The position numbers and the translations under genes were made by a program. Under the pieces are notes generated by a model. It did not search any database. It was given only the letters and a program-made list of their open reading frames with translations, and was not told the DNA's origin. A DNA stretch of 64,000 nt from an uncultured archaeon (lineage in GTDB: Archaea; Aenigmatarchaeota; Aenigmatarchaeia; CG10238-14; EX4484-224): the NCBI GenBank assembly GCA_964524025.1, contig CAZGBT010000002.1:11210-75209 (forward strand), given 5' to 3'. Shown piece by piece: positions 19,971-28,661 of this stretch; the first letter of the stretch is position 1; each line of letters opens with the position of its first letter.

Positions 19971-22058
19971 ATGCAAAAAATTGAAAAAATAAGAAAACGT
20001 GATGGCAGAATAGTTCCTTTCGATAAGAGAAAAATTGTAACGGCTGTTTTAAAGGCAATGAAAGCTGTTGGAGAAGGTAATAAAAAGGCTGCTGAAGCTA
20101 TTGCGGACGAAGTTGTGAATTCATTAAAAAAATCTGACAAAATTATCCCAACCGTAGAAGAGGTTCAAGACTTAGTAGAAGTAGCTCTTATGAAAAAAGG
20201 TTTCTACAAAGTTGCGAAAGCTTACATTCTTTACAGAGCCCTTCATGCTCAAATTAGGGAATTAGTAGATGGGTATTTGTACAAGAAGACATGGCTTGTG
20301 AAAGAAAACGCAAATATGACTTTCTCCTTACAAGGATTAAATACTCATATATTCTCACAAGTTGTGCGAGAGTACTGGCTTCACAGGATCTACTTAAAAC
20401 GGAACCCTAAAATAGCAAAAGCCCACATAAATGGTGATTTCCACATACACAATCTTCAGATCCTCGGTCCATATTGTGTTGGCTGGGATCTATGTGATTT
20501 GCTATTAACTGGATTTACTGGAGTAAGAGGAAAAATTACATCTAAGCCGGCAAAACATTTTAGGGTTGCCTTATTGCAAGCTGTCAACTTTCTCTATACT
20601 TTGCAAGGAGAGGCCGCTGGTGCACAAGCTTTCTCGAATTTCGATACTCTTCTTGCTCCTTTCATAAGATACGATAAGTTAAGCTATAAGGAGGTAAAGC
20701 AAGCTTTACAGGAATTTATGTTCAACATGAATATTCCTACGAGAGTTGGGTTTCAGACACCCTTCACAAACATAACACTAGATTTAAAGGTACCAAGTTT
20801 CATGAAAAACGAACCTGTGATTATTGGAGGCAAAATTATGAATGAAGCGTACGGAGATTTCCAAGAAGAGATGAACATTTTTAACAAAGCACTAGCCGAA
20901 GTTATGCTTGAGGGAGATGGTATAGGAAGGGTGTTTACCTTTCCAATTCCTACTATTAATATAACGAGAGATTTTGATTGGGAAAGTGAAGTTACAAAAA
21001 AGGTTTTTGAAACCTCGGCAAAATATGGAATTCCATATTTCGCCAATTTCGTTAATTCTGATATGAAACCTGAAGATGTAAGAAGTATGTGTTGCAGGCT
21101 TAGAATTGATAAAAGAGAGCTAAAGAAAAGAGGTGGAGGACTTTTTGGAGCAAATCCTCTAACAGGATCCATAGGTGTAGTTACTATTAATATGCCAAGG
21201 ATAGGTTACTTATCGAAAGATGAAGATGATTTTTTCGAAAGGTTAAGCAAACTCATGGAGTTGGCGAAAGAATCTTTGGAAATTAAGAGAAGAGTACTGG
21301 AAGAATTTACTGAAAAAGGTCTCTACCCTTACTCAAAGTTCTATTTGAGAAATGTAAAGCAAGCTTTCGGTGAGTATTGGAAAAATCATTTCAGTACTAT
21401 TGGTTTAATTGGAATGAATGAGGCTTGCTTAAACTTTTTGGGTTGCAGCATAGGTGAAAAAGAAGGGCATAAGTTTGCAATAAAAGTTTTGGATTTCATG
21501 CGTAGTAAACTGATTGAATTCCAAGAAGAAACAGGGAACATGTACAATCTAGAAGCTACTCCTGCAGAAGGAGCAAGTCATAGACTTGCAAGAATAGATA
21601 AAAGCAAATATCCTGATATAATAGTAGCAAACGAAAAAGATGTAAGAGAAAGAAAAGCCGCTCCTTACTACACAAATTCCACTTGGCTTCCAGTCTACTA
21701 TACAGACGACCTGTGGGAATTGTTAAGACACCAAGAACCTCTTCAAACGAGATATACCGGCGGAACCGTTGTGCATATTTGGTTGGGAGAAAGAGTAACA
21801 GCAGAAGGAGTAATGGCTTTGGTAAGAAAAATATTTGAAAACTTTAGATTGCCCTATATTAGCATCACTCCAACTTTCAGCATTTGCCCTGCTCATGGTT
21901 ACATAGCTGGAGAGTGCCAAAAGTGCCCAGTTTGTGGAAAGAAAACTGAAGTTTACTCAAGGGTTGTCGGTTATTTGAGACCTATAGACCAATGGAATCC
22001 TGGGAAGCAAGCAGAGTTTAAGCAAAGAAGAATGTTTGATAGAGTATTTACAAGTTAA
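19971..22058 (+). CDS. nrdD: Class III anaerobic ribonucleoside-triphosphate reductase with ATP cone
   Basis: KRDGRIVPFD ATP cone, PYCVG, SMCCRL, ATPAEG, YSRVVGY glycyl-radical loop, Zn ribbon. Confidence 0.96.
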   Translation: MQKIEKIRKRDGRIVPFDKRKIVTAVLKAMKAVGEGNKKAAEAIADEVVNSLKKSDKIIPTVEEVQDLVEVALMKKGFYKVAKAYILYRALHAQIRELVDGYLYKKTWLVKENANMTFSLQGLNTHIFSQVVREYWLHRIYLKRNPKIAKAHINGDFHIHNLQILGPYCVGWDLCDLLLTGFTGVRGKITSKPAKHFRVALLQAVNFLYTLQGEAAGAQAFSNFDTLLAPFIRYDKLSYKEVKQALQEFMFNMNIPTRVGFQTPFTNITLDLKVPSFMKNEPVIIGGKIMNEAYGDFQEEMNIFNKALAEVMLEGDGIGRVFTFPIPTINITRDFDWESEVTKKVFETSAKYGIPYFANFVNSDMKPEDVRSMCCRLRIDKRELKKRGGGLFGANPLTGSIGVVTINMPRIGYLSKDEDDFFERLSKLMELAKESLEIKRRVLEEFTEKGLYPYSKFYLRNVKQAFGEYWKNHFSTIGLIGMNEACLNFLGCSIGEKEGHKFAIKVLDFMRSKLIEFQEETGNMYNLEATPAEGASHRLARIDKSKYPDIIVANEKDVRERKAAPYYTNSTWLPVYYTDDLWELLRHQEPLQTRYTGGTVVHIWLGERVTAEGVMALVRKIFENFRLPYISITPTFSICPAHGYIAGECQKCPVCGKKTEVYSRVVGYLRPIDQWNPGKQAEFKQRRMFDRVFTS

Positions 22059-22766
22059 ATGAAGATTGGTGGATTTCAAAAATTAAGCTTAATAGAATAT
22101 CCAGGTAAAATTTCTTGCATAGTATTCACCATTGGCTGTAATTTTAGGTGCCCTTACTGTTATGTGCCCCAGCTTGTTCTTCCAGAGAAGGTAAAAGAAT
22201 TAAGAGAAATACCGGTAGATAAAATCTTTTCTTTTCTCCAAAAGAACAAAGGCTTGAACGAAGCAGTTGTTATAACTGGTGGGGAGCCTACACTTCAACA
22301 AAACCTTCCGGAATTCATAAAAAAAGTTAAAGCTATGGGCTATTCGGTTGCCCTCGAAACAAACGGAACAAATTTTGAAATGCTGAAAGATTTGATAGAG
22401 AAGAAGCTAGTAGATTACGTAGAACTAGACATTAAAAATAGATTGGATGATTTCGAAAAATATAACTTAACTGTTGGTGGTGTTTTGACCGAAGAAATGT
22501 TTGAAAACGTTAAAAAATCTGTTAAATTTTTGTTAAAAGGAAAAGTAGCTTACGAATTTAGAACAACAGTAGTAAAAGAATTCCATACGATGCAAGACAT
22601 AATCGAAATTGCTAAAGCTATCAGTGGTGCTGAAATATACTATTTACAGAATTTTAAAACTAACGTAGAAGTAGTTGGGGGTAGGAAGTTTACTCCTATG
22701 GATGAAGAAGTATTAAGAAGAATCGTTAAGAGGATAAGCAAGTTTGTAAGAGTTGTGAGAAGGTAA
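22059..22766 (+). CDS. nrdG: Anaerobic RNR activating radical SAM protein
   Basis: CNFRCPYC, TGGEPT, ETNG, YEFRTT; abuts nrdD. Confidence 0.92.
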   Translation: MKIGGFQKLSLIEYPGKISCIVFTIGCNFRCPYCYVPQLVLPEKVKELREIPVDKIFSFLQKNKGLNEAVVITGGEPTLQQNLPEFIKKVKAMGYSVALETNGTNFEMLKDLIEKKLVDYVELDIKNRLDDFEKYNLTVGGVLTEEMFENVKKSVKFLLKGKVAYEFRTTVVKEFHTMQDIIEIAKAISGAEIYYLQNFKTNVEVVGGRKFTPMDEEVLRRIVKRISKFVRVVRR

Positions 22767-22788
22767 TTTGTATATTTAACCAAACCCA

Positions 22789-22929
22789 CGCCGGGGGTGG
22801 GATTTGAACCCACACGGGCTTAACGCCCACCGGCTTTCTCTGAATCAAGAGCGTTCATCACTTTTCTGATACCTCTGGGTTCTTCATCGCTCGAGGCCGG
22901 CCCGTTGAACCTGGTTCCGGCACCCCGGC
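22789..22929 (-). tRNA. tRNA-Ser(CGA) with a 54-nt intron at 37/38 (intron 22836-22889)
   Basis: GCCGGGG/CCCCGGC acceptor stem, G73, anticodon stem CCGGC/GCCGG with CT-CGA-G|A loop, long variable arm GGGCGTTAAGCCC, GGTTCAAATCC T arm; CCA not encoded. Confidence 0.95.
22839..22887 (-). ncRNA. Putative box C/D guide sRNA inside the tRNA-Ser intron
   Basis: C ATGAAGA, 12 nt, D' CAGA, AAA, C' GTGATGA, 12 nt, D CAGA. Confidence 0.7.
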
Positions 22930-23606
22930 TTCTCAATTATATCAAATCTTTTGATTTTAATAAACCCAGAATTAGTTTTGCTATCCCAAATTTTTTCTAT
23001 TTCCCTTAAAACTATTCTTCCACTAAAAATAGGGCAATCAAGTACGAGAGTTTCGTACTCGCCTCCTTCTCCAGCTATATCTACACCAAATTTTTTTGAA
23101 AGATAAAGCAACTCATTGATCGTATTCCAATCTAATTTCCTACCGAGCCACTCTTTATTAAAACCGTCTGAAGCGACACCTGTTACGATAATTTCAAAAC
23201 CTTCTTCTATCTGCTTTAAAAGGGTTTCATATCTGTCTTTTTTCCATAATGGAGTTATTAGTTTTAAATCGTACTCATCACAAACAGTCTTAATCCTTTT
23301 CTTTTGAAAATTACTTGCTATTACACCACAAATTATCGCATCTACTTTATCTTTTACTTTTCTTATCAATCTTTCTAAATCTTTTCTTTCTTCTTCCCCT
23401 AACCTTCTCCCTTTTAGCCTAACTTGTTTAATACCCATTAGCTTTGCCTGTATTTTTGTTAATTCTATGCAAGGATGATGAAAGTACCAAGATCCTTCTC
23501 TCGGGAAAACTGTCAAAAGGAATTTAATATTCAAACCTCTTTTTAAAGCTAAATAAACTGCATAGGTCGAATCCTTACCCCCACTAAATAAAGCTGCTAC
23601 ATCCAT
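22884..23606 (-). CDS. dph6: Diphthine--ammonia ligase (PP-loop ATPase)
   Basis: LFSGGKDS, PLW, GEGGEYETLVLDCPIF; 3' end overlaps the tRNA-Ser 5' exon. Confidence 0.9.
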   Translation of the reverse strand: MDVAALFSGGKDSTYAVYLALKRGLNIKFLLTVFPREGSWYFHHPCIELTKIQAKLMGIKQVRLKGRRLGEEERKDLERLIRKVKDKVDAIICGVIASNFQKKRIKTVCDEYDLKLITPLWKKDRYETLLKQIEEGFEIIVTGVASDGFNKEWLGRKLDWNTINELLYLSKKFGVDIAGEGGEYETLVLDCPIFSGRIVLREIEKIWDSKTNSGFIKIKRFDIIEKPGCRNQVQRAGLER

Positions 23607-23615
23607 ATCTATTTT

Positions 23616-24029
23616 ATGAAAGTCTATCAGGAAATAGTTAAGATAAAAACTAAGAGAATTTACGATAGAATTAAATTAACAGAAAAACTCCAAGAAATAG
23701 TAAGAAGGTCAAAAATAAAAAACGGTATGCTTTTTGCAAATGCTTTGCATAATACTGCTTGCATTTTAATCCAAGAAGACGATGAAACCATTTTTAAAGA
23801 TTTAGAAAAAGTCCTAGAAAGAATAGCCCCGCTTAAAGAAAAATATGAGCATGATTATGAAGGTAACGAAAATGCTACGGCCCACCAAAAATCGATGATA
23901 CTTAAAACATTTTTTACAGTTCCTGTAATTGATGGAAAACTGATTAAGGGAACTTGGCAGGACTTTTGGTTTTTAGAGTTGTTTGAAGCAAGAGAGAGGA
24001 AAATAGTAGTAACCGTAATAGGAGAATAG
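23616..24029 (+). CDS. yjbQ: YjbQ/UPF0047 family protein
   Basis: HNTACILIQE, YEH...NATAH, GTWQ...ELF. Confidence 0.9.
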   Translation: MKVYQEIVKIKTKRIYDRIKLTEKLQEIVRRSKIKNGMLFANALHNTACILIQEDDETIFKDLEKVLERIAPLKEKYEHDYEGNENATAHQKSMILKTFFTVPVIDGKLIKGTWQDFWFLELFEARERKIVVTVIGE

Positions 24030-24057
24030 GATTTTAAAGAAAACGATAATCATTAAT

Positions 24058-25587
24058 TTGATGGAAATAATAAGAGAAGGTCTATTAGAGCCAAGAGATT
24101 ATCAGCTAAAAATAGCAAAAGTAGCTTCACACTTTAATACCCTAGTAGTACTCCCCACTGGTTTAGGAAAAACTATAATAGCAATTCTGGTTGCCGCAAA
24201 TAGGCTAAAAAAATATCCGGGCAGTAAAATTTTGATGCTAGCCCCAACAAGACCTCTTTGTGTGCAGCATAAAAAGAGTTTTGAAAAATTTACAACCATA
24301 AAAAGTTATCAAATAGTTGCGGTAACTGGAAAGTTTGATATTTATAAGCGGAAGAGACTTTACAACAGAGGAAAAATAGTAACCGCAACCCCTCAATGCA
24401 TTTTAAACGATATCAGAAGAGGCTATTTCGATCTTTCTAATGTTTCACTTCTAGTTATAGACGAAGCTCACAGAGCTGTAGGAAATTATGCTTATGTTGA
24501 TATAGCAAAAATCTACGTAAAATCTTCAAAGTTCCCATTAATATTAGGTTTAACGGCTTCTCCAGGAGGAAGGTTGGAACGTATAGAAGAAGTAAGAAAA
24601 AATTTGTTCATCGAAAAGGTTGAAATCAGAAGTGAAAGCGATAGAGACGTTAGACCTTATGTTAAAAGGATTAAAAAAGAATGGATCTACGTAGAATTAC
24701 CTAAAGAAATGCAAGTTATTAGGAACATTTTGGAAGATTGTCTTGGTGAATGTTTAGAATGGCTAAAAGAGCATGGTTTTATTACATCAAAAAAGATAAC
24801 AAAAAAACTTCTGCTCATTTTGCAAAAGGAAATTTCTGAAAAGATTAGCGAGGGTAAAACAATATTATATTCGGCTGCCAAAAAAGTTGCTGAAGCATTA
24901 AAGTATGTCTACGCTTTAGAACTTCTAGAAACGCAAGGCATCTCACCACTTTACGAATTTTTAAAAGAACTTAATAGAAGCAACAAAAAAAGTGATAGAA
25001 GCATAACAAAAGACCCTAGGATTATTTTTGCTTTAAGAAAAGTTGAAAAACTCATAGAAAAAGGAATTGAGCATCCGAAGATGGATAAATTAATTCAAAT
25101 AGTAAAAGAGTTGGTATTAAAAGATCCAAAAATAAAAATTATAGTCTTTGCTAATTATAGAGCTACGGTTGATAGAATTAACAGAAAGTTGATTGAAAAC
25201 GGGCTTAAATCGAATGTTCTGATTGGACAAGCTTCTAAGAAAACTAAAGGATTGAGCCAAAGAGAACAAGTAGAAATATTAAGAAGATTTGCTAGAAGAG
25301 AGTTTAATGTGCTTGTTGCAACTAGCATAGGAGAAGAGGGTTTAGATATAGTTGATACAGACGTTGCAATTTTTTACGAAGCTGTTCCTTCTGAAATTAG
25401 GATGATCCAAAGAAGAGGTAGAGTTGGTAGACAAAAGGCAGGCAAATTAATAATACTACTTACCAAAGGGACTATGGACGAAGCATTTTACTGGGCTGCA
25501 TTTCATAAGTTAAGAAAGATGAGAAGTATACTCTATGAAATGAAGGAAAGAAGTAAAGGTTTTAGTTTATTAGATTGGACAGGATGA
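24058..25587 (+). CDS. hef: Hef/FANCM-like SF2 helicase (helicase half)
   Basis: PRDYQ, PTGLGKT, DEAHRAVGNYAY, TASPGG, EEGLDI, QRRGRVGR. Confidence 0.93.
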   Translation: MMEIIREGLLEPRDYQLKIAKVASHFNTLVVLPTGLGKTIIAILVAANRLKKYPGSKILMLAPTRPLCVQHKKSFEKFTTIKSYQIVAVTGKFDIYKRKRLYNRGKIVTATPQCILNDIRRGYFDLSNVSLLVIDEAHRAVGNYAYVDIAKIYVKSSKFPLILGLTASPGGRLERIEEVRKNLFIEKVEIRSESDRDVRPYVKRIKKEWIYVELPKEMQVIRNILEDCLGECLEWLKEHGFITSKKITKKLLLILQKEISEKISEGKTILYSAAKKVAEALKYVYALELLETQGISPLYEFLKELNRSNKKSDRSITKDPRIIFALRKVEKLIEKGIEHPKMDKLIQIVKELVLKDPKIKIIVFANYRATVDRINRKLIENGLKSNVLIGQASKKTKGLSQREQVEILRRFARREFNVLVATSIGEEGLDIVDTDVAIFYEAVPSEIRMIQRRGRVGRQKAGKLIILLTKGTMDEAFYWAAFHKLRKMRSILYEMKERSKGFSLLDWTG

Positions 25588-26240
25588 TTGAAAGACAAAA
25601 AGTTTTAGAAAAGGGTGCAATAATTGTTGACTATAGAGAAAAAGAAATTACAGACATATTAAAAAAACTAGGAGCCAGAATTATTGAAACAAACCTTAAA
25701 ATTGGAGATTTTATTTGTTGTAACGGCTTTCTTTGCATAGAAAGAAAAAGCTATAACGATTTTGTTTCTTCGATTATAGACGGTAGGCTTTTTAAACAGG
25801 TCTTAAAGATGAAAAGAGCATTTCCAAAGGTCTTGTTGCTAGTAGAAATCGGTAAAACTAAGAGGAATTTTAATGAAAATGCATTTTACGCTGCACTCGC
25901 AACTTTGTACCTTCAATTCGAAATTCCAATAATATATAGCAAAAGCAAGGAAGAAACTGCAAAGCTAATTTTATGGTTAAATAAAAAATATAAAAGCAAA
26001 GGAAACTTTTCAAGCTTTAGCTTTATAAAGAAACCTAAAAATCTAGATGAAATAAAGGAAAAGATACTGGCTTCTTTCCCTTCCATAAATTTAAAACTTG
26101 CTAAGAGGTTACTAAAGAAGTTTGGAAGTCTAGAAAAAGTTTTTCAAGCTAGAACGTTTCAGTTAGAAAAGGTTAAAGGAATAGGAGAAAAAACTTCTAA
26201 GCTTTTCAAGAAAATACTAACAGAGAAATACAGAGGATGA
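25575..26240 (+). CDS. ERCC4/XPF nuclease with HhH (nuclease half of Hef)
   Basis: VDYRE, GDF...ERKS...DFVSSIIDGRLFKQ, VKGIGEK. Confidence 0.92.
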   Translation: MDRMIERQKVLEKGAIIVDYREKEITDILKKLGARIIETNLKIGDFICCNGFLCIERKSYNDFVSSIIDGRLFKQVLKMKRAFPKVLLLVEIGKTKRNFNENAFYAALATLYLQFEIPIIYSKSKEETAKLILWLNKKYKSKGNFSSFSFIKKPKNLDEIKEKILASFPSINLKLAKRLLKKFGSLEKVFQARTFQLEKVKGIGEKTSKLFKKILTEKYRG

Positions 26241-27136
26241 AAAATTTAATAGTCGGTATCGACATAGGTACAACAACTGGAATAGCAATTTTGGATACAA
26301 AAGGAAACTTACTTGAGCTTTTTAGTAAAAAGCATTTAAGACTAAACGATCTGATAAATTCCGTAACGAAATTTGGAAAGCCTCTTATAATAGCAACTGA
26401 CGTCAATCCTCCTCCTAAGAAAATTAAAAGAATAGCTGAAAAAGTAGGTGGCAAATTATTTGTTCCAAAACATTCTCTTAGCATAAAAGAAAAGCAAAAA
26501 CTTATATCAAAACTTAAATTAAGCATTTCTAGCAAACATGAAGAAGATGCGCTAGCTTCTGCTTTAAAGGCGTATAATTATTATTCAAAGCTATTCAAAA
26601 GGGTGGAGGAAAGACTAAGAGACAAAAATTTAGATAACTATTATGAATCTGTTATAGAAAGAATCGTAAGAAAAGGTGGCAACATAAAGCAGGCTATCGA
26701 ATTTCTCTTAAAACCTAAGAAAAGGAAAAAAGAAGTTAGAGCAAAATTTGCACAAAAACCGAAAAGAAGAAAGAAAGTTAGGAAAATAAAGAAAGTAGTC
26801 GAAGTTGATCTTAAAATTTTAAAAGAAAAGATTAGGAGATTAGAAAGCTATATCGAACTAATTAAGAAAATAGAAAAATTAAAAAGAAAAGGATATGCCT
26901 TAGTTATAAATTTAGATAAGCTTTCTACCACTCAACTCCTGGAAATAGAAAAATACATTGGTTTTAGGAATTTAGTTGTTTTCTCCAATGACCTTAATAA
27001 AATTCTTTTAGTCAAAAGGTTTAAACCGTTATGTATATTAAGCGAATTTATTTATGAGTTTAGGAAAGATGTTAGGATCGAAGAGATGGAAGGAGAAAAA
27101 GTTGTTAAAAGAAAAGAAATTAAAACAAGCTGTTAA
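26237..27136 (+). CDS. DUF460 domain protein (RNase H-like fold plus coiled coil)
   Basis: IVGIDIGTTTGIAILD, GKPLIIATDVNPPP, HEEDALASA. Confidence 0.88.
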   Translation: MKNLIVGIDIGTTTGIAILDTKGNLLELFSKKHLRLNDLINSVTKFGKPLIIATDVNPPPKKIKRIAEKVGGKLFVPKHSLSIKEKQKLISKLKLSISSKHEEDALASALKAYNYYSKLFKRVEERLRDKNLDNYYESVIERIVRKGGNIKQAIEFLLKPKKRKKEVRAKFAQKPKRRKKVRKIKKVVEVDLKILKEKIRRLESYIELIKKIEKLKRKGYALVINLDKLSTTQLLEIEKYIGFRNLVVFSNDLNKILLVKRFKPLCILSEFIYEFRKDVRIEEMEGEKVVKRKEIKTSC

Positions 27137-27626
27137 GTTTATAGTTTTGTTAAATTTATTAAGTTTGCCAATTCACCTTATAACTTTTTTTAAGTTAAGA
27201 TGGGTATCTCTTCAAATTGTAGAAGCTAATTTGATTAAATTTCTCCTTTCACCATTAACGAAAGTAAAAACTGAAGGGCCCTTTCTTTTTCTTGAAAATG
27301 AATTTGTAGCTAAAATTTCTTGGGATTCTACTGGTTGGAAATCCTTTTTATTTTTCATAGCATTAATACTAGCAACTCCAGTTAATTTTAAGAGAAAATT
27401 TTTTCCAATTTTGGTTGGCCTGCCAGCCATATTTTTTATAAATTTGGCAAGAATTCTTACAACAATCCTTATAGCGTTAAAATTTGGGATAAGCTATTTT
27501 GAAATAGTACATTCATATCTGTGGAGGTGGTGTACAATTTTTGTAACTATCTTCTTATGGTTTTTATGGCTACAGCAAGAATTTAATATTAGATGGAAGT
27601 TAATTTGGAAGAGAAATTTAAGATAA
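27054..27626 (+). CDS. Exosortase/archaeosortase-family membrane protein (Cys replaced by Ser)
   Basis: ISWDSTGWKS, INLARI, FEIVH; multi-pass membrane protein. Confidence 0.75.
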   Translation: MSLGKMLGSKRWKEKKLLKEKKLKQAVKFIVLLNLLSLPIHLITFFKLRWVSLQIVEANLIKFLLSPLTKVKTEGPFLFLENEFVAKISWDSTGWKSFLFFIALILATPVNFKRKFFPILVGLPAIFFINLARILTTILIALKFGISYFEIVHSYLWRWCTIFVTIFLWFLWLQQEFNIRWKLIWKRNLR

Positions 27627-28630
27627 GCTTGCTTAATTTAGAGAAAAAAATTCTTGATTTAGAAGGGTTGGTTGGGGATATTTTAAAAAAGATCGAAAAA
27701 AGTAAACCAGAAGATTTTAGTGAAAGAATCGAGGAAATAGAAGATTTGGTTGCCGTAAATCAACTTGCTATTGTAGAACTTAAAGAAAAAATAGAGAAAT
27801 TAAAAAAAGAAGAACCAACTTTTTTAGAAAAGAGAATTAAAAAGCTCGAAGAAAGTTTGGAAAATTTAGAAAATAGATTCAACAATTTTTCTTCTCTCCT
27901 AAAAGAGGAAATTAAAGAGATTGAAACAAAAAAGCCATATGATTTTCAATTTCTTTCATCAAGGATAAGTGAGATTAAAGAAAGATTAACTGAACTTTCA
28001 AAATCGATTGCAAAATTGGAATTTAAAGTGGGGGAAATAGAAGAAGAGTTCAACTCTTTTAAGCAAAAATTTAAGTCAAACGTTTTTTTAGAAATTACAT
28101 CTCAAATTACAAAAATCAAATCAAGGGTTTCAAGTTTAGAAGGAAAGGTGGAAACGCTTGGCAATGTTTTAAGCGATTTAGCAAAAGACTTTTCTAAAGT
28201 AGAAAAGGTTTACTCAAAAATAGAAACGTTTGACTTACTTGCCAGTGACAAGCTAAAAAAAGAATTACAAAAAATTAAATCAATCGAAGAAATTATTTCG
28301 AAGCTAAAGGAACAATTTAAAGAAACTTACGAAAGGATTAAAGAAAAAACAGCAGAACTAAAAGGCTTAGATGATAAAGTTAGTCTTTTAAAAGAAAGCA
28401 TAGAAGAAAAGATCAAAAACATGAGAACCTTAGTTGAAGACTTAGAAAAGAGGTTTGAGCAAGTAAACAAAAGAATAGACGAGCTTGAAAGAATGGAAAG
28501 ATTAGAAAAAATAGAAGAGAAAATAAGTAATCTAGAAAAACTTAAAGAAAGAGTTGAAAAACTATCGGAAAGATTTGCAATATTAGAAGAATTTTTGAGA
28601 AAAAAGAAAAAACCTATAGTCCTAGAATAA
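27593..28630 (+). CDS. Long coiled-coil protein
   Basis: E/K/L-rich heptad pattern throughout, no ATPase motif. Confidence 0.8.
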   Translation: MEVNLEEKFKISLLNLEKKILDLEGLVGDILKKIEKSKPEDFSERIEEIEDLVAVNQLAIVELKEKIEKLKKEEPTFLEKRIKKLEESLENLENRFNNFSSLLKEEIKEIETKKPYDFQFLSSRISEIKERLTELSKSIAKLEFKVGEIEEEFNSFKQKFKSNVFLEITSQITKIKSRVSSLEGKVETLGNVLSDLAKDFSKVEKVYSKIETFDLLASDKLKKELQKIKSIEEIISKLKEQFKETYERIKEKTAELKGLDDKVSLLKESIEEKIKNMRTLVEDLEKRFEQVNKRIDELERMERLEKIEEKISNLEKLKERVEKLSERFAILEEFLRKKKKPIVLE

Positions 28631-28661
28631 TTTTTTAAATTGAGTAATCCTTTTAGCAATT

